Origin: an uncultured Gammaproteobacteria bacterium | GTDB lineage: Bacteria > Patescibacteriota > Patescibacteriia > JAHIZJ01 | Assembly: GCA_964594455.1 (NCBI GenBank) | Contig: CAZQLY010000004.1 | Location: 61,972-125,971, forward strand | Direction: 5' to 3' | Length of the DNA: 64,000 nt | Shown: positions 49,445 through 57,566 of the stretch, piece after piece | How the letters are laid out: every line of letters starts with the position of its first letter | Numbering within the stretch: the first letter of the stretch is position 1 | The notes under the pieces: generated by a model | Databases searched by the model: none | What the model saw: the letters and a program-made list of their open reading frames with translations, nothing else | Told to the model about the DNA's origin: nothing | Made by a program: the position numbers and the translations under genes

Positions 49445-49999
49445 TTAATCTTTTGCTATATCGCCTTTCTCTTGATACTTTTTTAGTTTTTCATACTCCC
49501 CTAATATTTTCTTTTTTCCCTCTTCATTACTGAACCAGCTATTTTTGTCAAAACCCAATAATGAATATGTTACCGGATGAAAGGTTATGTTATTGGGAAA
49601 ATATTTTTTCAATGTCAAGAAAGCTCTTTTGGCGTGATAGTGCTTTGTTATATAGATGATGTGTTTGATGTTTTGGAATCCGATTTTCTCTTCGATAACG
49701 TTTTTTGAAAAGACTACATTTTCCAAAGAATTTGTTGATGTCTTTTCTAGAATTATATCGTCGTGATCAACACCTCTTGCTTTTAATTCTTTCGAAAGAT
49801 CATCTGCTTCGTTCCTGCCCGTTATCCTATTTATCCCACCGGTTATTAAAACCTTGCGAACCAGGCCTCTATTATACAAGTTAACAAACACATCAACGGG
49901 CTCTTTATGACGGGTACCAAAAATAATGGCTAGATCCGATTTACACGGATCAGAATCCATAAATAAATATTCGGTAATGGCTTGTATATTTGAATCCAT
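49445..49999 (-). CDS. YdcF/DUF218 family protein
   Basis: ITGG....EA......GV...I..E..STNS.EN; IT..YH.KRA. Confidence 0.9.
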   Translation of the reverse strand: MDSNIQAITEYLFMDSDPCKSDLAIIFGTRHKEPVDVFVNLYNRGLVRKVLITGGINRITGRNEADDLSKELKARGVDHDDIILEKTSTNSLENVVFSKNVIEEKIGFQNIKHIIYITKHYHAKRAFLTLKKYFPNNITFHPVTYSLLGFDKNSWFSNEEGKKKILGEYEKLKKYQEKGDIAKD

Positions 50000-50052
50000 A
50001 TATGTATTTTAGCATAAAAAAGAGTGCCCAGAAACAACATGAGCACTCAACT

Positions 50053-50265
50053 CTAATCCTCCTTCCATCGGTATTGTTCAGGAAACGTCCTGAATACCTT
50101 GGTTTTTAGGATGGAATGCACCCTATTAGCCATATCTTTCACAGAAAACGAACTGACGCCAAGCCTAGCTTTAGCGAGACCGCTTTCGGTTACGACTAAC
50201 TGCTCCAGACTCGACAAGCGTTCTCTGACTTCTGTTACCAGGTCGATTACGTCTTGCAACGACAT
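50053..50265 (-). CDS. small ORF, possibly the frameshifted C-terminus of the radical SAM protein
   Basis: Overlaps the radical SAM stop by 19 nt in another frame. Confidence 0.4.
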   Translation of the reverse strand: MSLQDVIDLVTEVRERLSSLEQLVVTESGLAKARLGVSSFSVKDMANRVHSILKTKVFRTFPEQYRWKED

Positions 50266-51704
50266 CCATGTTCAGTCCAGCTGATCAGGGCACGAAGGGT
50301 CCTAGCCTCAACTTGAAACAACAGACGGCTCAATCTCTCAAAAGACTTCCGTTGATTGAACGCCGGGGCTTTTTTGATCCCCCAGAATTCATCTTGGTAT
50401 GCCTTCTTTAGGCTATCAATCCATTCTACAGATATTGTCTTGAGTGCCATGTAGGTCGCAGCAAGAACTGGATCCATTAAATACTCATGATATCCTTCAA
50501 GCGGATTGCGCCTAATTAAGCGTCCTTCGGATGAAAGCAGGGCCTGGATTGGTGTACCGTCGAATACACGAAGCGCCTTGGATAGGGTGGGCGTAAAGCC
50601 GAACCTCTCCAAGAAGTCCAAATCACATACAACCGAACCAATCGTACTGTAGGGATTGAAGATCATGAATCCAGGAACGATGTCAATCACTGCGTTGCGC
50701 AACACTTCAATCATGTGCAGTATGGTTGCCAGTGATTCGCCCTTACGGAAAACCCGCAAGATTTCAGGATCAACGCTCTCAATACCAACCAGTAAACGCT
50801 CAAATCCGGCTCTTCTCATGAGCAATGCCACTTCCTCATCTACGTCATTGGATCGACAGAAGCCCATGAGGTGGAGATCGTCGAGTTGGCGGCGGATGAC
50901 TTCACGACACAGATCGACAACGTGTCTTCGTCCAGCGCGTCCCGGCCCAAAAAGATTGGCGTCGTTGAACTTAAACACAGTCACGTTGTAATCACGTCTC
51001 AGTTGTTCAATCTCGTCCACTACTTCAGCCGGATTCCTGGGCCTCCAGTTTGGACCAAGCGACATGCGCTCAAAACTGCAATTGCTGCAGAAGGTACAAA
51101 CTCCGTAACAGCCGCGGCTAGCCAAGACTGTTGCATAATTTGTCATCTGCAGGCAATGGGGCAGTAGATCGCGAGACGCTCGAGGTAATGTGTCTAGATC
51201 AGGCTTTGATGAGGGGGCGTTGGTTATTACAGAAGCACCCATATAGGACAGGCCTGGCAAATCATGCCAATCGTGTCCCCCAATAACCCTCTCGACCAAG
51301 ATTCTGAACGATACGTCACCCTCACCCAGAACGATAGAATCAATGCCTGAGATGTGAGTTAGCAACTGTTCGGTGCTCAATGTCGCCGTGATACCACCAC
51401 AGCATATATGCGCCGAGCATTGATTCTCGCGTAACCCTTCAACCAGTTGCTTAACTGACGGCAGTGCGCGTTGCATAACCGTAAAGCCGATCACCTTCGC
51501 CTGACGCTCGTATATCTGAGAGATTGTCTCTTGGATCGTCAGAGCGAATACGTCAGCATCAAGAATCTCAACATCAATACCGACTTCACGCAAGCTTGCC
51601 GTCAGGTACATCAGACCCATTGGTTCTTTCGGATTGTAATCCGGTATGCGTCCCGACTGATACATCGGTGGGACTACCAGCAAAACATCTCTGGTTGTCT
51701 TCAT
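50247..51704 (-). CDS. B12-binding-domain radical SAM enzyme
   Basis: P.GL.YL.A.L, SRGCYGVCTFC (CxxxCxxC), R....VVDEIE, G.ES. Confidence 0.92.
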   Translation of the reverse strand: MKTTRDVLLVVPPMYQSGRIPDYNPKEPMGLMYLTASLREVGIDVEILDADVFALTIQETISQIYERQAKVIGFTVMQRALPSVKQLVEGLRENQCSAHICCGGITATLSTEQLLTHISGIDSIVLGEGDVSFRILVERVIGGHDWHDLPGLSYMGASVITNAPSSKPDLDTLPRASRDLLPHCLQMTNYATVLASRGCYGVCTFCSNCSFERMSLGPNWRPRNPAEVVDEIEQLRRDYNVTVFKFNDANLFGPGRAGRRHVVDLCREVIRRQLDDLHLMGFCRSNDVDEEVALLMRRAGFERLLVGIESVDPEILRVFRKGESLATILHMIEVLRNAVIDIVPGFMIFNPYSTIGSVVCDLDFLERFGFTPTLSKALRVFDGTPIQALLSSEGRLIRRNPLEGYHEYLMDPVLAATYMALKTISVEWIDSLKKAYQDEFWGIKKAPAFNQRKSFERLSRLLFQVEARTLRALISWTEHGCRCKT

Positions 51705-51716
51705 CGCAACCTCCCG

Positions 51717-52991
51717 TTATGTATCTGTAGGGTTGATCCTCAGAATGTCAGCACCAAGGCTGGTCAGTCTTTCTTCTAGAAATTCATAGCCGCGATCAAT
51801 GTGATATACACGATCAACCACGGTTATCCCTTCTGCTGCTAATCCGGCCAGCACCAACCCGGCACCAGCCTGCAGATCACTCGCCATTACCGGAGCACCG
51901 TTCAAGCGAGGAACTCCGGTAACAACAGCTTCATCAAAACGGGTCTTCACATCAGCTCCCATACGGTTCAGCTCATCAACGTGCATTAGGCGTTTCTCAA
52001 AAACAGTCTCCTTCACAATCCCCACACCGTCGGCAACAGTCAGCAGAGCCATCATTTGAGGCTGGAAGTCTGTAGGAAATCCAGGAAACGGCCAGGTGGT
52101 AATGTTAACAGGCCTCAAACGACCGTTACATATAACCCTCAGGGCATCATCACCAACCTCCGTGACCTCGATTCCCATTTGTTGCATTTTGCTTATGACG
52201 ATACTGAGATTCTGTTGGACCGCATTTTTCACAACCACATCGCCGCCAGTAATTGCTGCGGCAGCAAGAAAGAAGGCTGTCTCAATTCGCGAGGGGATGG
52301 GAGTGAACTCAATAGCAGACAAACGAGAGACTCCTTCAATGGTAATTGTTGGAGTACCCGCACCATAGACCCTGGCTCCCATAGAGTTGAGAAAGTCAGC
52401 CAGACAAACTACTTCGGGTTCACATGCTGCGTTCACTAGGGTAGTGGTTCCTTTGGCTAGCACTGCGGCCATCATGATGTTTTCCGTACCCGTATGAGTC
52501 GGAAAATCGAAATGATAAGTCGCCCCGCGCAAACCAGATGTCGTCGCTACGACAAAACCACTGTCCTGTGTAACTGAAGCGCCAAGATGCTGTAACGCCT
52601 CAATATGCATATCAACCCTACGTTCACCAATAGCACAGCCTCCTGGTAGAGACACACGGGCCTCATGGAAGCGGGCCACCAATGGCCCAATTACCAAAAA
52701 AGAGGCTCTCATCTTACTTACCCATTCATAAGGTGCTTCAAGGCTGCTTATTCGAGTGCAATCAATACAGAGAGTCCTCGAAGCCCCGTCATACCCAATC
52801 TTAGCTCCTAGTCCTTCAAGGACCTTGGAAATAACATGCACATCACTAAGATTGGGCACATTTCTAATGACTGTCTGCCCCCTGTCTGCTAGTAATGATG
52901 CGGCGATTAACGGCAGTATGCCATTCTTTACGCCTAGGACTTCGATTTCGCCATGCAACTTCTTCCCGCCTCTTATTTTGAACTGATCCAT
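51717..52991 (-). CDS. murA: MurA-family enolpyruvyl transferase with divergent active-site motifs
   Basis: G.KN..LP, MRAS, LPGGCAIG.R, PGFPTD.Q, HIDRGYE. Confidence 0.85.
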   Translation of the reverse strand: MDQFKIRGGKKLHGEIEVLGVKNGILPLIAASLLADRGQTVIRNVPNLSDVHVISKVLEGLGAKIGYDGASRTLCIDCTRISSLEAPYEWVSKMRASFLVIGPLVARFHEARVSLPGGCAIGERRVDMHIEALQHLGASVTQDSGFVVATTSGLRGATYHFDFPTHTGTENIMMAAVLAKGTTTLVNAACEPEVVCLADFLNSMGARVYGAGTPTITIEGVSRLSAIEFTPIPSRIETAFFLAAAAITGGDVVVKNAVQQNLSIVISKMQQMGIEVTEVGDDALRVICNGRLRPVNITTWPFPGFPTDFQPQMMALLTVADGVGIVKETVFEKRLMHVDELNRMGADVKTRFDEAVVTGVPRLNGAPVMASDLQAGAGLVLAGLAAEGITVVDRVYHIDRGYEFLEERLTSLGADILRINPTDT

Positions 52992-53157
52992 TTCGAACCT
53001 CTCTTTCTATACTGTGATAGGCTAATTGTCAATGAACGACTGTAAACAATATCATTAATTGTGTTATATAGTCAACTAAATCTGTCTCAGTCTATAAATA
53101 AAAAAAGTATGTCTCCCTCTGTGTTCATAATCCAATCCTACCAACATTAACAATATT

Positions 53158-53200
53158 AACTACAGCCCACCAATCAGCAGGCTGTAGAAACTATTTGGGT
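53158..53200. repeat. 43-bp hairpin-containing direct repeat, copy 2
   Basis: See 49369-49411. Confidence 0.75.
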
Positions 53201-53214
53201 CGTGTTGTTTTGCT

Positions 53215-53613
53215 TTACTCAGTCGTAGTGCCGTCGAAATCCTCTTCGTTGGCTTCGGCTTCGGCCTTGGTGGCACGGACTATGCCATCCTTGTGATGGG
53301 CTGGTGAGTAGATGGTGTACATCTTTAGCATTTCTGAGTCTGAGGTATTGATGACATTGTGTTCGGATCCGGCTGGGACCACGATGGCTGATCCGTCCCC
53401 TACTTCATACTCATTGCCATCGATGACTACTTTTCCTTTACCGACTTCAAATCGGAAAAACTGATCATTGTCCGGATGGGTTTCCAGACCGATATCTTCG
53501 TTGGGCTGGAGTGCCATCAAGACTAATTGGCTGTGCTTTGAGGTGTAGAGCACTTGGCGGAAGTTTTCGTTGGCCAGAGTGGCTTTTTCGATGTTGTCAG
53601 AAAAACCTTTCAT
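53215..53613 (-). CDS. cupin domain protein
   Basis: N..FR.VLYT..HSQLVLM...IG.E.H...DQFFR.E.G; VPAG..HN; YSP..H. Confidence 0.92.
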   Translation of the reverse strand: MKGFSDNIEKATLANENFRQVLYTSKHSQLVLMALQPNEDIGLETHPDNDQFFRFEVGKGKVVIDGNEYEVGDGSAIVVPAGSEHNVINTSDSEMLKMYTIYSPAHHKDGIVRATKAEAEANEEDFDGTTTE

Positions 53614-53650
53614 ATTTTTTAATTTAGTGATTAGCTACTGTCTTATTATA

Positions 53651-54234
53651 CTAACAGCATGATTGATTTCTTTCAAGAAATAGATACGGATAGAGCTCAC
53701 CCTCTTTTATCAAACCATGTTTTATGGGGTTGTATTTGAGATACTCCATGTAGGCATTGAAATCGTCTTGATCCCGGATTATGTGGTCGTGATAGGAACC
53801 ATGCCAGGCGAAACGCTTCGCGGTTGTGTTTCTAGAATCTACGTACTCCCGTAAGCGGGCAAACGTTTGCCCGCTTGCGTGGGTGGGAAACTCCACCCCA
53901 CCACGTAAGCGAGGATGGCCATCCTCGCCTACGGGAAAAACAGTGTTTCTCATAAGAATATTGATATTCCGTGAAGAGTGCCTTTTGGCAAAATGCATGT
54001 AATCTGAGATGGAATATTTTCCATGGGGTTTTAACAATATATGAACATGGTCGGGGATAATTACATATCCGAATAATCTGCATTTTTTGAAATCACAGCC
54101 CATTTTTATTACCTCGGCCATATATTTTGCCAACTCTTTATCCCGAAAGTAAGGATACCCGTCTTTTGTGCGCGTAGTCACAAATATATGGCATTGTCTA
54201 GATATATCCTTTTTTGGCTGTTTTTGTGATACAT
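53651..54234 (-). pseudogene. REP-associated tyrosine transposase (RAYT, Y1/HUH) with a 1-nt frameshift near the start
   Basis: PDHVHIL (HUH), W..SYHDHIIR, Y...NP.KHGL; upstream MYHKNSQKRIYLDNAIY joins YFVTT only if one T is restored at ~54182. Confidence 0.8.
53848..53935. repeat. REPIN-like pair of palindromes inside the RAYT coding sequence
   Basis: GTAAGCGGGCAAACGTTTGCCCGCTTGC and GTAAGCGAGGATGGCCATCCTCGCCTAC. Confidence 0.8.
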
Positions 54235-54368
54235 AAAAACAGGGCTTTGGATCTCCCTGTGTCTCAGCTTCATCCTACCAAAAACCGTGGTTGTTTTCAA
54301 TGATAAAAAGAGGCGGAGTGGAGCTTATGCTCACTCCGCCGTATTTGCGAACTGGCCGCTAGTCGTGG

Positions 54369-54695
54369 CTAGGCCGGCTTCTCGGTAGCCTGGCCTTCCT
54401 CGGTCGCGCCGGCATCGGCACCCTCGCCGCCCTGGGCCTCGTCTTCGTCGTCCTCGTCGTCGACTTCCTCGAGCTTCGGCACCACGAAGATCTTATTGTC
54501 CTCATCGAGAACCGTGTCCGGAGTGACGTCGCCGTTGACTTCGTCGACAAGCTCATGCGTCTCGGGATCGTATTTGACCTCGGCCTCCTTGAGCGCATCA
54601 GCCACGGTGTATTTGTCTTCCGCTTCGTCCGGCTTGTCCAGCGTCACTCCTTCGGGAACCACGAACACGCGAATCTTCATCTCTTCCACCTCCAT
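54369..54695 (-). CDS. acidic small protein, probable beta-grasp (ubiquitin/MoaD-like) domain with acidic tail
   Basis: MKIRVFVV...TVADALKEA...DTVLDEDNKIFVVPK; GC-rich; own promoter and terminator. Confidence 0.55.
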   Translation of the reverse strand: MEVEEMKIRVFVVPEGVTLDKPDEAEDKYTVADALKEAEVKYDPETHELVDEVNGDVTPDTVLDEDNKIFVVPKLEEVDDEDDEDEAQGGEGADAGATEEGQATEKPA

Positions 54696-54942
54696 GTTTC
54701 ACTGGTCATCTACCTAAAAAGGCCGACTCTCGGCCAGGTACTACAAAAAACATGTTATTTTATTTTCCTTTTATTGTCAAGGCTGGTGCTGTGTACTAAT
54801 TTAAAAAAACCCTCTTTTTGCCTTGAAGGCTCTTTGTTGTTGAAATCATCATCTGGCAAGGGACGAAAATAACCCCGCAATAATTCATTTCGTTGAAGTT
54901 CTGGGCGGTGCCGAACCCTTTAGCGCGTTTTTATATGCTCAG

Positions 54943-55013
54943 CAGGCCCTGAGAGAATCGAACTCCCGACTACGGTTTTGGAGACCGTCGTTATACCATT
55001 TAACTAAGGGCCC
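54943..55013 (-). tRNA. tRNA-Trp(CCA)
   Basis: ACGGT-CTCCAAA-ACCGT anticodon arm; GTTCGATTC T-loop. Confidence 0.93.
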
Positions 55014-55053
55014 GTTGAGCATACAAATTTATTATGCTTTCTCGGTACGGGGT

Positions 55054-55088
55054 TGGGAGACCTAATTCTACCATTGAACTACGCCCCC
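55054..55088 (-). pseudogene. tRNA 5'-half relic (Trp/Gly-like)
   Basis: GGGGGCGTAGTTCAATGGTAGAA..GGTCTCCCA with no 3' half. Confidence 0.55.
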
Positions 55089-55096
55089 ACGAATAT

Positions 55097-55519
55097 CTAT
55101 TTTTTCAAATATAACCACTCCTTTGCTAAATCCTTTTGTTCAAAAAACTTTAGCTTCCCGATTACCTTCATCTTAATAAGTATTTTTCGAATAGCGACTT
55201 GGAAAGTTCTGGCTGATTGGATGACTGCGGCTGATTTTATTTTGTCATTTTTTAGAATATCAGTAAACAGCTCCTGCAGGGCAATAGCCTGGTTCTGGCT
55301 GACCGGCACTTTGCTCATATCAATCAAGACTGACCAGCTCTGATTAGGCATTGATTGTGAAAGTTCAGCCAAACGCTCTTGGAACCAGATCAGCTCAGCT
55401 GCCGCACTGTCCCGGCCAGATCGTTCGGAACCAAGTTTCAGATCTATAATACCAGGCGGCTCAATCTTCCAGCTGGTCTGAGTCTGAGGACACGTGTACT
55501 GAATCGAAACCTGAGCCAT
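55097..55519 (-). CDS. STAS/SEC14 (SpoIIAA-like) domain protein
   Basis: VLIDMS; K.AAV; KFF..K..AKEWL C-terminus. Confidence 0.7.
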   Translation of the reverse strand: MAQVSIQYTCPQTQTSWKIEPPGIIDLKLGSERSGRDSAAAELIWFQERLAELSQSMPNQSWSVLIDMSKVPVSQNQAIALQELFTDILKNDKIKSAAVIQSARTFQVAIRKILIKMKVIGKLKFFEQKDLAKEWLYLKK

Positions 55520-55520
55520 A

Positions 55521-55676
55521 TTACTTAGTCTCTTTGTGCGGAGTGTGTTTCTTACAGCTTGGGCAATACTTTTTCAATTCCAATCTGTTCTTGAGTATTT
55601 TTTTGTTCTTCTTTGAATGGTAATTCACCTTTTTGCACTCGGTGCATTCCATCTTGATCAAATTGTCTTGAGACAT
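55521..55676 (-). CDS. rpmG: 50S ribosomal protein L33 (not in the ORF track)
   Basis: [47 protein letters not shown]. Confidence 0.95.
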   Translation of the reverse strand: MSQDNLIKMECTECKKVNYHSKKNKKILKNRLELKKYCPSCKKHTPHKETK

Positions 55677-55703
55677 GATAATCCTTTCTTACAGTATTAA
55701 TTG

Positions 55704-55778
55704 TGGAGCCACCCGTCGGATTCGAACCGACGACCTACTGTTTACAAAACAGTTGCTCTACCACTGAGCTAGGGTGGC
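55704..55778 (-). tRNA. tRNA-Thr(TGT)
   Basis: GCCACCC acceptor; ACTGT-TTTGTAA-ACAGT anticodon arm; GTTCGAATC; encoded CCA. Confidence 0.95.
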
Positions 55779-55797
55779 GTGGTTATTAATTTAATTG

Positions 55798-55886
55798 AAC
55801 AGTTGCTCTACCCGCCTCGACTCGCTGATGCTTGTCTCAGCGAGGCGGGCCACTGAGCTAGGGTGGCGTGGTTATTAATTTAATTG
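55798..55886 (-). repeat. tandem duplicate of the tRNA-Thr 5' half and upstream leader, with a 39-bp hairpin inserted in the D-loop
   Basis: Identical to 55748-55797 except for the insert at 55811-55849. Confidence 0.85.
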
Positions 55887-55942
55887 AACAGTTGCGTAAT
55901 TTATCCCATACCTGAAGTGAAACGCAGTTGTACGGGCCGCTG

Positions 55943-55984
55943 CTTGCCCCGCGAAGCTTTAGCGAAGCGGGGAGCTATCCCAGC
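55943..55984 (-). pseudogene. tRNA 5'-end relic GCTGGGATAGCTC followed by a REP palindrome
   Basis: tRNA-like start; REP matches 3028-3056. Confidence 0.55.
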
Positions 55985-56008
55985 AGGTTTTTTAATTATT
56001 TAACCTAC

Positions 56009-56344
56009 CTACTCTACCTCAAACCTTTTTAATATGTCAATCGGCGGTTCTTCATAAGGATGAGCCTGCTTTAACGCCCGGACTACTTCTTCGATTTTAT
56101 CCTTGTGGCAAAGCATTTCTACCGTCTCTTCCTCAACCTCTTCCGGCTGGCCTATTTTTCCAATGGCTGGCTGGGCGCCTTCTTGGGGAGTGAATCGCCC
56201 CACTGTTTTATGCGAACCGCTGCAGTGGGAATAATTGCCTTGCACACCCGCTCCAGCGTCACCCATAGCTTGCCGAACTTTGGCCACGTATTGGACTGGA
56301 ACCGCGGTCATTATTTTGTAATAATCTGATTTTTTCAACATCAT
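56009..56344 (-). CDS. YqfO/NIF3-insert (PII/CutA-like) domain protein
   Basis: AGAG..GNYSHCS....G.F.P..GA.P.IG..G; HPYEEP. Confidence 0.88.
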   Translation of the reverse strand: MMLKKSDYYKIMTAVPVQYVAKVRQAMGDAGAGVQGNYSHCSGSHKTVGRFTPQEGAQPAIGKIGQPEEVEEETVEMLCHKDKIEEVVRALKQAHPYEEPPIDILKRFEVE

Positions 56345-56369
56345 CGTTACTAAATATTATCAAAAATTC

Positions 56370-57566
56370 TCAAATATTTCTAGGCGAATCAAATTTCTTT
56401 ATTTCATTCATCATTGTCTCAACCCGCACAGTCCAGGAATGGGGTTTCACGGCATTACGCCTCTGGAGCCTGAGATCACTATTGTCTAGTTCTAATGCCT
56501 CATTGATATGCTGGCTGAAATATTCCGGATCAGAAGCTATCTTGACCAAGCCAGTAAACATTTCCGTGCCGGCAATTGGTGTGGAAACCACAGGCAATCC
56601 GCAAGCCAAGTATTCGTACAATTTCAAGGGATTCATTGATTTGGTAAAGGGATCAACCTTGTGCGGGATAATGCCTACGTGGAAATGAGACAGATATTTT
56701 GGCAAATCAGAATAGGACTTCTGGCCCAAGAAAAAAACGTTTTTATTATCAGCGAATTCCCCTTTGTTCACTTCCGGCCAAACCATACCTACAAAAACAA
56801 AAGACTTATCCGGGTTCATTTCGGCCAGCTGTTTGATCAGATCCAAATCAATTCTATTCTGAATGACTCCGACATACCCGATAATCGGACCGGGAATATC
56901 TTTCATGTCTTCTGGGAAATCAAACTTTCCTTGCAAACGATCGAAGTTAACACCGTTGGGTATCCAGTGAACATTTGGCTGGTTATTAAATAAAAGTTTC
57001 AAATCCTCGGCTACTGTAAAAATTAGATCGGCTTTGCCAGAAATAACTTTATAGTTCTCATCCAGTTTGTCCCGCTGATCCTGGTAGGCTGAATGATTTC
57101 GCCAGTCGTCCACTGCATCAAATATTTTCAGAGGTGAATCCATGGCCTCAAAGGGCTTGACAAACATGGGCAGATATGACCAGAGAATAAAATCTTGGAA
57201 CTTAATTTTCTTAAGCATACGTTTCATCGTTCTGATGGCGATAGCCTCAGAAGCTACTGAATCGACAGTTGATAATACAAAAAGCTTCCCCGCGTGATTA
57301 CCTAATCGGGAATAGTCCACTTGGATTAAGCGGTTGGTAAAATCCCGATACAGCACTTTGCCTTTGGGGCCAAAAGTTTGAGACTCCAGATATGACTTCA
57401 AACCTTTTCTCAAATTGAATGGTAAATAATCCACGGCTAGAATCTTGCCTACTTCCGGACGTCTCAACAAATATTTCAAAATGTGAAAATTGCGATTGAC
57501 AATACCGTTTTCCCATTCCTGAAAACTGGACATGTTCAGCATTAAAATGTTGTAGGGCTGATTCAT
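56370..57566 (-). CDS. glycosyltransferase family 4-like (TuaH-like)
   Basis: D.VDDW, IPNGV, IIGY.G, P.KLYEYLA.G.PVVST. Confidence 0.9.
   Translation of the reverse strand: MNQPYNILMLNMSSFQEWENGIVNRNFHILKYLLRRPEVGKILAVDYLPFNLRKGLKSYLESQTFGPKGKVLYRDFTNRLIQVDYSRLGNHAGKLFVLSTVDSVASEAIAIRTMKRMLKKIKFQDFILWSYLPMFVKPFEAMDSPLKIFDAVDDWRNHSAYQDQRDKLDENYKVISGKADLIFTVAEDLKLLFNNQPNVHWIPNGVNFDRLQGKFDFPEDMKDIPGPIIGYVGVIQNRIDLDLIKQLAEMNPDKSFVFVGMVWPEVNKGEFADNKNVFFLGQKSYSDLPKYLSHFHVGIIPHKVDPFTKSMNPLKLYEYLACGLPVVSTPIAGTEMFTGLVKIASDPEYFSQHINEALELDNSDLRLQRRNAVKPHSWTVRVETMMNEIKKFDSPRNI

Larger units (their letters stand above)
47746..49445. repeat. four copies of 20-bp palindrome AACCTTTT-AAC(T/C)-AAAAGGTT at 47746, 48481, 48990 and 49426
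   Basis: Direct inspection; same orientation, located between genes. Confidence 0.85.

Noticed and set aside
47746-49445. CRISPR array or integron attC array
   Set aside because: Spacing is 436-735 bp with whole genes between repeats; no cas or intI gene in the window and no attC-like extended structure.
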